64,000 nt of DNA from NCBI RefSeq assembly GCF_038025025.1, contig NW_027117345.1, forward strand, positions 620,001-684,000, written 5' to 3'. Each line of letters starts with the position of its first letter. The first letter of the stretch is position 1. Both the position numbers and the translations under genes were made by a program. Below the pieces are notes generated by a model. The model saw only the letters and a program-made list of their open reading frames with translations. It had not been told where the DNA came from and made no database searches. Below, piece after piece: positions 9,601-21,800 of this stretch. This DNA comes from Phyllosticta citribraziliensis. Its lineage: Eukaryota.

Positions 9601-12600
9601 TGCAAGCCTTCTTGGCGTGCCCGGCTATTTATCACGCGGAACAATTTTGCATCTGATTCAGCAGCGGTGGTTGAGGCCCCGACTTGAGCCTTTTCCTGCT
9701 GACATTGCGAACTTGACTTGCTCGTGCATCCGAGTGTAAACCTACTCTACATAGCCACCTGACCGCCGACCAGGAACGTTCCATGGGTATTCGACGCGAA
9801 TTCCGCGCAAATCGTACGATTTTCCAGTGTGTGTCCCTAGCTTCGGGCGTTGCGCACCATTGTCGCGGCTGCTTTCCGCAAACATTTGGGTACGATTACA
9901 TAGCGTTTCCAAAATCGCTTCTCCCTCCCTCGTCTCCGACTCACCGAAACAGTTCAAGACATGTGTCAATGAATTGGGCAAACTTACACGGAATGGAAGA
10001 GTGAAGAGGATTGAACAAGGTTTTCTTGATCTCAACCGAACATCGATTTTGGAGATTGAGCACTCTTGCCACGTTTCTAGCACGTTTGTTGGTCCTGGAT
10101 GAAAAGCCGAGTGAGGAACAATCTCGATGACACTGACAAGATCGCCACGTTTCTTGCCCCCTTGTGATGACTTTCGAGCGTCAACACCCCGGATTCTGAG
10201 TCGAAGCAGGGAAGTCTGTCATCTTGTGAGAAGTTTCGCTTTTTATCGTCTTGCTGCAGTCGCAAGTGAGAGCAGTCCGATTTGCTGGAATTTCATCATC
10301 CAAAGTTTCAAAAGATCGCTATATCGCACGGTAAGTTTGGACCTGACGATGTGCAGTAAGACGGAAGAATCACTCTGTTTCGACACCATTGACTTGCTTC
10401 AAGAAGATGGCGCGGGCGCGCGGTTGCCGACGATGGATGTTTTGCAACTGTCTGTCGGTCACTGTCACTGGAATGCAAAGAACTTCCCACTCGCTGGACA
10501 ATGTCTTGCCCATCAAGTCGAAAGAATCTGCCGATTTCGACGGCGCATTCCAGTACTTCAAGTGGAGGAATTCCCAAAAGCCACGGCAGTTTGCGCCTTC
10601 GTAGAAAGTATTGCTTTGGTCCACTCAATCCCAGAAGCCTTCGTGCAGAACAAACCGAGCGAGATTCCCTTCCCGTCCCATCGTGTCTAGTCCATCTAGT
10701 GTCTGCCCTATTTTCCGAATCCGTCGACGAATAGGAAACTCAACTACCACTACTAGGGTGATGATCCTGGCTGGCGAGAAAAAGGACGACACAAACACCT
10801 CCACACCATCTGGGCGAATGTCGACTCACCCTGCCAACTCAATCGACCCCTCCTCGCCTCGCGTAGTCTCGCCTTGCACACCATCACCACCTCCGCCACG
10901 AGCAGCACCCTTTTTCTCTCCCCTTCCCTTTTGTGAGCCCGCTACTACACCACCACGCGCCTACCACGCGGGCGACGTTATTGTTCCTGTTCTTGTACTT
11001 GCGCCTGTCCCCGTCTGCCCCTGCCAGCCCCTGCCCTTCTTCTGCAAACGTGCGTATGTCCCTTTTGTTCTCCTTTCCTCCCTCCCCTGCCCTATAGTCC
11101 AACTAGTCAGCCGTCAAGCGCACCTCCACGCGCGATGATGCGCGCACGTTTGCCTTGGCGATGTGGTGCACTCAGACCCTCATCACCCCTTGCCCCCTTT
11201 CCGGTCTGCCACCTGCCAATTGACACCTGGGGCGAGCTGCAAAGGAGAGAGAGATAGAGAAGAAGGAGGTGGCTGCCACGCGCTCTCCACGTGTGTTAGC
11301 TGTCTAAGAAGGTACTCAGTTGATGCTGTTCCTGAGGACGTCATTCGATCGCAACCCCTCTTTAGATCGATCGTCTAGGCAATAGGGGTCTATTAGCTAT
11401 ACCTTGCCGCCTGCTTGTCCAGGTACTTGACTACTGCTCCACTCCCCCCTTGGCCTCGCTTGCCTTCGCAGGGTTGTCGGAAAAAATGACAGCGTCTCTC
11501 CGAACCACACCTTTCGGCCCCTATCTTTTAAATAGACTGTCTCCTCCCAGTCCCTCCCGCATGGGTCTCCTGCCGACGAGATGAGCATTGATATGGTACC
11601 AGTGATGCAAAACCCAAGCCTGTGGACGTTGCCGTCGTATAGACAGGGAAAATCTATACGTGCGACGGTGGCGGCGAGCTTGAATCGACGACGGATGCAC
11701 AGAGCTGCTACGAATCGCCGTATGGCAGGCATAACACATGAAGCCGAGAAGGCCTCGAGATGGAAAGTCGAAGTCATTGAACCGCAGCAAGTTGTCATTA
11801 CTGGGCGAGCACTGAGGGTGGCATCACACATGGCGTCTTTGTTATCACTGTCCTCTTGCTTTCAGATTGGAGGGCAAAAGAAAGCCTGTCGGTTCTGACG
11901 CTGGATCTGAATCGGTGGACGATGCCAAAGGAAGACTTCTCCCTGAAGTGTACATTTTTCACCGCCCAATGAACAACCCCGGACCGCGTACACTGTAACA
12001 TACACTTTCCACCACCCGCTACTGGCAAAAATCGCAGACACTCTCTTCTTGACCGATTCAGTCCAATTAAGCGGTGGCGGCAGCGGCGGCAGCAGCCAAC
12101 GTCCCGCACTTACTTGCGCAAGGGGTGACGCTGCGAGGTGGGCACTACAGCGACCCTCCCAACCAACCAACCACAACCAAAGCCGTTGGCTGGACCAGAA
12201 GATAGGGAAAACGAAAGAGGACAACAGCAGGCGGGAGAAAATGCACGCCGCATCAACGACACAGCAGCAGCAGGAGCGGCGGCGTCAACGCGCGGCATTC
12301 CGCGCACGACAGCAGCATCTATGGGCGCGCGAACCAGCACGGCGTCTGCCGGCCGACTGCCCATTGACGGACACCCATGTCGGTGTACAGGTGGATGGAG
12401 TGACGGCAAGGTGGCGGCGGTCGTGGTAGTGGTGGTGGTGGGGAAAAGGGGAGGGGAGGGGAGGGGAGGACAATCCTTCCGGGGAGCCGGGAGGGACGGG
12501 ACTTCGCTCCATGTCGTCAAAGGTGTGACAAGAACGGCTTCGAGCAGCGCAGTGTGGTGTGGTGTGGTGTAGAGGAGGATGGCAGGAAGCGGAACAGGCC

Positions 12601-13227
12601 GTCTGGCCGGCCATAAGTGACATCCGTCGTCGTGATGGTGTGAGGTCAGAGGCTGGCAGGCAGCCGGTGACGCGTGACAGGTCGAGGCGAGGAAAGGAAT
12701 GAGGGGGACGATCAAAGCGCGTGGGTGGTGCTAGCGGAGAAAGTAGCCGTGGAGGAATTCTAGAAAGAATGGTTGCGACACATCGGGGCAGGTGTGGAAT
12801 GTGAGAGGTTTGCACCGAAAAAAATGCACGCTCTGCCTCTCATGTTGTACCAATCCGGGTCACTGCCGCTAGCAAAACTTTTTTCATTGGAAAGAGAGAA
12901 CGGTCTGGAGTATCGACGGCTTGTACCGCGCATTATAGAGTTCTGGTAGCCAAAAATTCGATTTTCATCTAGACTGGACGTGTCAACATTTTTCATCAGG
13001 TCATGAGTGGCGCTCGCTGAACGACAGTGGCAAAATCCAGAAGCAATGACGAGTAGAATTATGCAAAACTTGAGAACTGGTTTCATGGTTTGCGTTCACG
13101 CCTCCCGGGAGTAGCCCCGGTGCCTTGACAGTGAAAATCGAGAGGCAACAAGCCGCGGTCAGGCATCGCTCTTCTATGCCTTGGCTGGGAGTCAAATGAA
13201 CATGAGAGGGTATCATAGGGTTTTAAA

Positions 13228-14631
13228 TCAGAGTTCCTTCTTCCAGAAGTGCTCAGGTGCGTGGCTCGTTTCGTAGTCGACGTGCACGTAGCATCGCTCA
13301 ACATCAGGCAGACTCTCCAGTTTGGTCTGAAGGGCCTCTGCCACATCATGGGTATTCCGGAGCGAGTCGTCGGAATCCATGACGATGTCGACCTCGACAA
13401 TCAGACGCGGACCACTGTGCCAGGCGCGCACAGTGTCAATGGCCTTGATGGAAGGAGAGTGTGTCATGGAAATGTAAGTGATGAGCTGGAGGAAACTCGT
13501 GTCGGCCGAGACGCCAATGAGCAGTTGGAACTCAGACCACGCAGTGCGCTGCCACAGGAAAATGATGAGACAGGAGATGGCAATAGCACCAGCGGGATCA
13601 ATCCACCACAAAAGCTTGCTGCCTCCAACAGACGTCAGGATACCGAAGCCGTTGATGAAGAGGTCGTTACGGTGATCCTCCCAGAGGATTCGGATTTGGC
13701 TGTACTTGTTGCGGAGTGCCCAGCAGTAGAGGAACAGGGCGAACTTTGTGAAGAAAGCAGTTGCAACAGCAATGACAGAGGGCAGGTGGAGCTCGCGGTC
13801 AGTCTCGCCCGAGGCCAACTCGCGCATGGACATGACGATGATGATCAGGGAGACGGAAGTCATGAGAAAGCAAAAGAAGATGTTGCCAGCCGTCTCGATG
13901 CGGGCCTTGCCTGAGGGAAACTTGCGAGGGTCAACGCGCTTGACGGCGCGGTTTGAGAGCATGAGAGTGATGTTGGACATTGGGTCGAAGATGGCGTCGG
14001 CCATGGTGGTGAAGAGGGACAGCGAGCCGGAAGATATGGCACCGTACAGCTGGAGGACGACCAAGACGACGTTGGCAGCAAAGGAACCGTTGATGGCAAT
14101 CTTGACTCGGAGGTTCTCTTCTCCCTCGGCCTCGCGGGCATGGCGAACGTGCTCCGACACGGGCTTCAGGAGGCGCTCAATGTTTTCATTTTGGGTCTCG
14201 TAAAACTGCTCAATCTTGCGTGCTCTGTGGGCCTTTTTGTTGGTGACAAAGGGACCACAACCATCGCGTTTGCGCGACGTGTTTGCCGTGATTTGCTCCA
14301 GCTCGTTGGGCGGCTTGATCTTGCCGGACAGATTGAAGGGGTCATTTTCCTGATTGTAACCGGGCAGGGTCTGACGCTCGAGGTCGGATGAAGTGGCTCC
14401 TCCAGAGACTCTAGTGGCAGTCCTGTGTTGATTGGAGCTGGCGGATCTCGGCGTCATGGGTTCAAAGGCAGTGCTAGTGGCCTCCTTGGCCGTCGAGGTC
14501 GCGGCTTCGGGTTCATCCGGGCCGCTAGCAGGCGTTAGGACGACAAAGTTGGAAGGAGTACCCGCAGGAGGGCTCTGATGCAACGGGTGCGGCCGGAGCG
14601 AGATGGCGTGTCGCAGATTAGGGTCCGACAT
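13228..14631 (-). CDS. Cation diffusion facilitator (CDF) / metal tolerance protein, Mn-CDF-like
   Basis: Intronless ORF from ATG 14631 (MSDPNLR...). Motifs SLSLFTTMADAIFD, FPSGKARIE, DHRND, IDPAGAI and a C-terminal dimerisation domain DTVRAWHSG...HDVAEALQTKLESLPDVERCYVHVDYE. Confidence 0.93.
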   Translation of the reverse strand: MSDPNLRHAISLRPHPLHQSPPAGTPSNFVVLTPASGPDEPEAATSTAKEATSTAFEPMTPRSASSNQHRTATRVSGGATSSDLERQTLPGYNQENDPFNLSGKIKPPNELEQITANTSRKRDGCGPFVTNKKAHRARKIEQFYETQNENIERLLKPVSEHVRHAREAEGEENLRVKIAINGSFAANVVLVVLQLYGAISSGSLSLFTTMADAIFDPMSNITLMLSNRAVKRVDPRKFPSGKARIETAGNIFFCFLMTSVSLIIIVMSMRELASGETDRELHLPSVIAVATAFFTKFALFLYCWALRNKYSQIRILWEDHRNDLFINGFGILTSVGGSKLLWWIDPAGAIAISCLIIFLWQRTAWSEFQLLIGVSADTSFLQLITYISMTHSPSIKAIDTVRAWHSGPRLIVEVDIVMDSDDSLRNTHDVAEALQTKLESLPDVERCYVHVDYETSHAPEHFWKKEL

Positions 14632-15100
14632 GATGATGGCGATGGTTGGTTGGTTGATAGGCAAAGGGTTGGCGATGGGAGAAGGTGGTGCAGAGGTGTG
14701 GAGGCTTGGGAGGAGAATGTGGGGAAAAGAGGCCGAATCCAGGCGCAAAGGCCAGCGACCGGATCTGATAAAGAAGACGGATGGGCAGCTGACAGGGAGT
14801 TGATGGACAACAATAGACAGTTCCCGGGAAGAAACAATTGAAACAAAACGAGGCGCGTTTGGTCAGATGTGAGGCGGCGACAGGAGGCTAAGGAGTAGCT
14901 ACAGCGCGTACATACCTTACCTACATGTCCCTACCCGGCGATGTCCTGGCTTCCATTGACCGCCGCACCCGCCGCACGCCGGATCAATGCTTGACCGGCC
15001 CCCCGCACCGCCCGCCCTGACCGGCATTCATGCGGCAGAATTCCAACGTCCCAAACTTTTCTCTGGCGCATCTCTGCTCGCCGTAATCCACCACCCCACC

Positions 15101-17637
15101 ATGTCGCCCCGTGACCTCGATGACGACTTTGTCTTTACCATCTCCGATAATGACGATGAGATCCCCGATCTCGACGGCGAGCCCGACGCCCCGGCGCCGG
15201 CCCAACCGAAAAAGCGCAAGCGGGACTCCGACGCCCAAGACCTAAACGGCTCCAAGAAGAAGAACAAGAAGAGCAAGAAGCAAAAGAAGGAGCCAACCCC
15301 CGAGCCCGAGTCTGAACCTGAAGATGCCGAGCGCGATTGGGCCGCCGACGGCGAGGACGACGGCGCCCTCGCGTCCGACTTTGAATTTCTGGTTGGCGAC
15401 ATGGCTACCGGCATCACCGACGACTTTGACGGCTGGGGGCTAGACAAGGAGAGCGAAAAGAAGAAGGGAGACAAGAAGGCTGTCGACATCGACGAAATCA
15501 TTGCTCGCAGACGTCAGACCCAGGAGCAACCCGAGTCTGCGTCTGACGACGGTGAAGGCGAAGGCGGAGGCGAAGGCGACGGCGAGTTTGCTGGATTCGA
15601 CGAGGATGAAACCCTGGCCGACGATGCCTTTGGCATGGGAGCACAGGACGCAGATGAGTCTGGCGACGATGCAGAAGATGAGAGCGGGTCAGACGAGGAA
15701 GGCGAAGACTCTGGAGCTTCTGATGAAGAGGAGGAAGATGAAGACGAGGCCAAGCCCGTGGCCCATCCGGATGATGTCGAGTCGCAGTCGTCCGATGACG
15801 AAGAGGAAGAGGACGCCGTTGAAGCGGAGCGCAGGAAGGCCTTCTTTGCTCCCGAGGACAACAGCATCCCCAAGACCACCAAAGGCAAAGGGACATTCCA
15901 GGACATGTCACTGTCGCGTCCAATTCTCAAGGGCTTGGCTGCTGTGGGCTTCACAGACCCAACTCCCATCCAAGCAAAGACCGTCCCCGTCGCATTACTG
16001 GGAAAGGATATCGTTGGTGGTGCCGTGACCGGTTCCGGTAAAACAGCTGCCTTTGTTATTCCCATCCTCGAACGTCTCCTTTACCGGCCCAAAAAGGTGC
16101 CTACTACGCGCGTCACCATCCTCGTTCCCACGCGTGAGCTGGCGGTCCAGTGTTTCAACGTAGCAAAGAAGCTTGCTGCATTCACCGACATCACTTTTGC
16201 GCAGATTGTCGGTGGTTTCAGTCTGCGGGAGCAGGAAAACATCCTCAGACAGCGCCCCGACGTCGTCATTGCGACTCCTGGACGTTTCATCGATCACATG
16301 CGCAACTCTGCCAGCTTTTCCGTCGACACGCTCGAGATCCTGGTCCTCGACGAGGCTGACCGCATGCTCGAGGATGGTTTCGCCGATGAGCTGAACGAAA
16401 TCCTCAACACGATTCCCAAGTCCCGCCAGACGATGCTGTTCTCGGCGACCATGACCGACACGGTCGACAAGCTGATCCGCGTCGGCCTGAACCGGCCCGT
16501 CAGACTCATGGTCGACGCGAAGAAGGCTACGGTGTCTGGCCTCGTGCAAGAGTTTGTCCGCCTGCGCGCAGGCAAGGATGACAGGCGCATGGCTGTGCTT
16601 CTCTATCTTTGCAAAAAGGTCTTTACAGAACGCGTCATCATATTCTTCAGGTCAAAGAAGGACGCCCACAATGCACGCATCATGTTTGGTCTCTGCGGTA
16701 TCAAAGCTGCGGAGCTTCACGGTAGCATGAGCCAGGAGCAGGTAAGCAGCATCCCAAACATTTCATTTCTACAGTGTCATGGGCAAGTCTAACACCCCAA
16801 CAGCGTATCCATGCCGTCGAGTCGTTCCGTAACAACAACGCCACGCACCTCCTCGCCACCGACTTGGCTTCGCGTGGTCTCGACATCAAAAATGTCAACA
16901 CGGTTCTCAACTACTCTGCCCCGCAAAGCCACGACATCTACCTGCATCGTATCGGACGTACGGCGCGTGCCGGTGCCACGGGACGCGCCTGCACCATCGC
17001 CGCAGAGCCGGACCGCAAAGTCGTCAAGGCGGCGGTAAAGGCAGCGCGGGCCCAAAGCAACGCCAAGATAGTGTCGCGGCAGGTGCCGAGCGACGAGATC
17101 GAGGCATGGTTCAGCAAGCTAGCCGCGCTCGAGGACGAGGTGGAAGCGGTGCTCAAGGAAGAAAAGGAAGAGAAGGCGCTGTCGCAGGCCGAGATGGAGG
17201 TGCGCAAGGGCGAGAACCTGGTGACGCACGCCGACGAGATCATGGCGCGCCCCCGGCGCACGTGGTTCGAGACCGAAAAGGACAAGAAGGCCGCCCGCGA
17301 CGCGGGGTGGCGCCAGCTGAACGACGACGAGGCTGCGGCCGTCAAGGTCAAGGGCAAGACGAAGCTGAGCAATAAGGAGAAGAAGCGCCTCGATGCGCGC
17401 GACGAGCGCAAGAAGGACGGCGGCGCCGGCATGGGCTGGAAGAAGGGTGCCGCTGAGCGCGCGGGTAAGGGCGCCCTCGAGGACGCGAAGAAGGCGAAGA
17501 TGAAGGCAAACATGAACAAGGCCAAGGCGAAGGCGAAGGGTCCGCCGCCGCCGGCGGCGGCTGCGGAGTCGAAATCGAAATCGAAACCGCCCCACAAGGC
17601 GAAGAAGCCTGCGGCGAGGGGCCCGAAGAAGACCTAG
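15101..17637 (+). CDS. DRS1: ATP-dependent DEAD-box RNA helicase DRS1 (60S biogenesis)
   Basis: Acidic N-terminus with [11 protein letters not shown] motif, [25 protein letters not shown]; intron 16742-16803 (GTAAGC...CTAAC...CAG); [13 protein letters not shown] and RPRRTWFE in exon 2. Confidence 0.95.
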
Positions 17638-18830
17638 CGTGTGAGCTGTCGGATCTTGTCATTGCATTTGAAAGCGGCGTATATTGGATTACTCAAAAGC
17701 ACCTTTTGTCTTTAAACATGTAGATTTCTTTAGCCAGCATAGCATGTTCACCGTCGGCAGCGTGGAGAAAGGCCGCCGTGACTCGCACGGAAGACAATCA
17801 GACTGGTCAAATAGCAAGTTAATCGCTCAATTAGTCAAAGCAGCGCAAGGACTCCATCTATGCACTGCGCCCAAACTGCCGTCCAGCCCAGATACCCAAC
17901 CAAGCAAACGCCCCCGGAAAACACTACACAACACACTACAATACAAAGAGCAACACGCAGACGAGACCCGTAAGCAGAGCGCCAAAGCCAGTGCAACAAA
18001 GCGTTTGATTGACGCGCAAAACCACCATCATAGCGTCGCTCACCCACGACCCGCACATGCAATGCATCTCTTCCTTTCTTTGCCCCCATTCATCGTTACG
18101 GCGTAGCAGCCGTCCACAAACGCAATGCATGCACCAACCCCCACCCCGTATTCCCCTTTCCTTTTTTCGCAATGCCGATTCATCGAACCCAACTTCAGTT
18201 CAAGACGCAAAAGCTGAGTGGACGAAGACGACGAGGAAATCCATCGTGAGAACAGTGAGATGAGTAGGGCAACAGCGTCATTCAACCAACCATGCAAGAG
18301 AACACAGCGGCTGGTCAACCAGGCGACTATTTTCCCTTGCAGAGAGAGCGTCTTGATCACATGCGCACGAGACGAGGAAGCAGTCGTCGACGCACTACCA
18401 CCACACTAATATTTACAACAGGATACACCAGGAGATTTGAGGCGCGTGTGACTTGCGACGTGACGCGCGTAGGCGGACGCGACAGGTGTGTGTATGTGAC
18501 GGGATCGCGTGAATTTTCGAGCCAGGGGCGTGGGAGAAGGCGTGCGCATGAGAAGTGGGCATGGTAGCTTCGATACCGGCGCAGTAACTAGCTCAGTTGG
18601 ATAGCCCCGCGGGGGCAGCCGGGAGGGCCTTGACAGCGCGAGGGCGAACCCCTGCCGAGACGCTGCGCTACGGATGCCGCCAATGACACCGGTGCCTGCA
18701 GGAGAGTGCCGGACGAGGAGGCAGACCGACCGGTCGTCTGGGCAGGTGCTGGTGACCGGTCTGGGTTTGATTTGCAGTCGATACCAGAGCATGTACCGTT
18801 GACCATTGAGAGTCGGCAATAAACCAAGAT

Positions 18831-21800
18831 TTACTGCGGAGGGGTCAAGGAGGATGTTGGTGACGGTGCGGCTTTGGTAGCTGCGAGCGCGGCTTGCAGG
18901 CCAACGATGCGCAGACTGCGGCCACGACGCGGCTTCCCGGCCATCAGAGCCGCAGTAGGCTGCTGGCTGTCCTCCCAGCTGCGGAAGACGGCCTTCATGT
19001 CGCGAGGAACGCCCTCCAGGACGACGGTGCTGACTGGGACAAAGGGTCTGTCATCCAACGAGGCGGCAAGGATGCCATATTCGTGCGCGAACATAAGAGC
19101 CGTGCTAAAGGCGAGACATTGGCTTTGAGAGAGAGCGCCGACGACACTTTGGAACAGTTAGCACAACCTGAACTGCTAAGAACGGAAAACACCTACATGT
19201 AGATTTCGAAGAACGCATCCAAAACGTAAATGTTCTCGGCCTCAATGTCCGCTTGGCTGAAGGGAGCAATCTCAATGACCTCGGCGGTCATGTTGGGCTT
19301 GGAAGTCCCGGGGTTCTGTTCTTGTGTTGGCGATTGTTGGCCATTTTGACTGCCAGTGCTTTGTGCAGAGACACGCCGCATCAAGGCGGGCCACAAGGAG
19401 CTCACCTGGAAGCTACTGCCTGCCTGCTGCGCCTTTTCATCGATCCGGAACAACCGAACTCTGTACTTTTCATGCCGAGCCTTGAGACGCCAGTGATCCG
19501 CCGACCGGGGTACCTTCTTTGGACCATCAGGAACGGGGAAGAGATTGAGGAAAGCGTCGGACTCCTTGCCCTCGTCCACCTCTTCAATCTCGGGCGTCAG
19601 ACCCAAGTCCATGCCAATGAGACGAGCACACCCAAGTTCTTCGGCATTGCAACCAACGCCCTTCCACAAGAAGACCTTTCCAGCAAGCAGGCCAGTCCGC
19701 GACGAGATGAGGAACGGGAATCCAGAACAAAGGTTGGCCAGGTTGAGGTCGACCTCATCGAAGGCCATGTGGCCCAGGTGCTGCCTTCCACAGAGCATGT
19801 ACTCCTTCGAGTGATCGATCCGAGATCCCTTCCTGGTGATGACGATACCCCCAAGAGCTTGGAAAAAGTATGGAGTCTCCTTGCCTTGTCTTGTCATGAC
19901 CAACTTTCCTCCAGCGTCACGGGCAAACTTGCGGGCGAAAAGCTGTGCATCCTCGACAGCGGGCTCTGGCACCTGCGAGCCAATCCAGTGATACACCTCG
20001 ATGGTCTTGGAGCCGTTGGGAAGGGAGAAAGAGTGCGTGCAGAGGTACATCAAGTTGTCGAACAAGATGTGCTCCTCCTGGCTGGGTACTGGAGCGAGCT
20101 TGCCATCTCCAGAGATTTCTTGAATTTCCTTGCGCAGAGTCTTGATTTTTTGCGTGCCCAGCGGATCGCCCGTTAATACAGCGTTTGTGTCAATGTCCAG
20201 CTTGCCGTTCGTAATAGGAGCCTCATCGAAGAAGTCGGCAAACAGGCGTCCTGCTTCAGATTGTTGAGGAATGGCCGAATCCACAGAGGGCTTGCGCGAA
20301 ATTGACGAAACAGAGTCGTTCTTCCTCGGAGGCTTTGGAGGAAGCTCGCTGATTGCGGGCGTTGCGATGAGCTTCGACTCAAACTTGCTCGGGAATCGAT
20401 TCTCCTTGTTGTCTCCTAATTTGCCGATCCCCAGACCTGTTGGAGGCTTTGGCAGTTCCTTGTTGACAGGGGAGTTGTTATCTGATCTCGAAGGAAGCTT
20501 GATGGGAGACTTGGCGCGTGGTGAAGGCAGTGCAGGGGACTCCTGCGGGCGGCCCCACATGGCGGCCGCACTCTTGACAGAGCTTACGCCTTCGCCAGTG
20601 AATTTTTCATCCTTGGCCGGGGTCGCCGGCTTCTCCTCTTCATCCTTCGCTGGCGTTGCCGGCTTCTTCTCGTCTTCATCCTTCTCTGGCGAAGCGATTT
20701 TGAGGTCTTTCGCCAGTGCAGTCAACGGCCTCGTGCCCCCTATGGAAGCACTGGACGACAAAGGTTTCCGCGGTTGGGGCGAAACGATTTGAGGATCCTT
20801 AGGACTTGGCTTTTGGGGTTCACCAAGCCCGACTGGGCTCTGACGGCCTGAACTTGCAGGAGAAACAAGCTGCTGGCTGGCCCGAGAGGCGATCGACTTG
20901 ACCGACTTTGGAGAATCAGGAAGCGTCGAGTTAGGGTCCTTGATGTTCTGCTTCAAAGCAGCGATGCGCGAGGCGGCTTGGGACTTAGTTGGAGATTCCA
21001 AGCTTGGTGTAGGCGAGCTCTTCGCAGATTCGGTGGTCTCTTTCGGAGGTTCAACCTTGGTTTCGAGAGGTTTCGGTGGACTGGGAGATTTCCTGGTCAA
21101 AGAAGGGCCTCCACCTTCGAGCTTTTCGAGCGTGGTCGGCTCCTTTGCAGGTTCATGCTTTTTGGTTTTCTCCGAGGCTCCTGAACTCGATCGCTTGGCC
21201 TCAATCTGCACGGACATCCTCTTCGAGAGATCAGGACTTTTGACAGGGACAACAGGCTCTGGTGGGCTGTCGAGCTTGGCAGAGACTCTTCTCATGACCT
21301 CCTCCGACTTCTTTGGAGCTATGGGTCTAGGCTTCGACAGAGTGTCGCGGTAGCCCAAGTACGGGGACGACGACTTGGTTTCCTTGACCTCCTCGCTCGG
21401 CGGTGATGGGCTTGAAAGAATCTCCTTTCGCATCACTGATGGTGTTTCTGAAGGTGCGTGAGCCTCCTTGGTTGGCGAGGCTGCCCCAGATGCTGGTGTT
21501 GAGTTTGGAGCAGAAGACTTGGCCTTAGGAGCCCGCCGTTTCGGTCCCTTGGCGCGTCCCTTGGTAGCGTGAGTAAGTTCCTTCGTGGTACCTGCCTCCG
21601 GGGGTTCTATCGTGGCCGCAGCGCTTGGTCCAGACGGTCCTCGTGCCCCAGGAGCACCTGCGGACATGGGAGACGGCCCGCGGGCCAGCATGGTAGCCAA
21701 CGCAGGATTGAAGCGCTCGGCTAGCTTACCGGAAGATCTCTTGGACTCTGCCGCATCACTTTCTTTCTCGTCCTTCTTGAGATCGGTCGACCCTGCATTG

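Noticed and set aside
14632..15100. ORF-track N-terminal extensions of the CDF and DRS1 genes (similar cases for the F-box, MHF2 and APC4 ORFs)
   Set aside because: They use non-ATG or poorly placed upstream starts and read through promoter/UTR-like sequence; family similarity begins at the downstream ATGs
18589..18660. TAGCTCAGTTGGATAG, resembling a tRNA A-box/D-loop
   Set aside because: No closing D-stem, no GTTCRA T-loop and no acceptor stem
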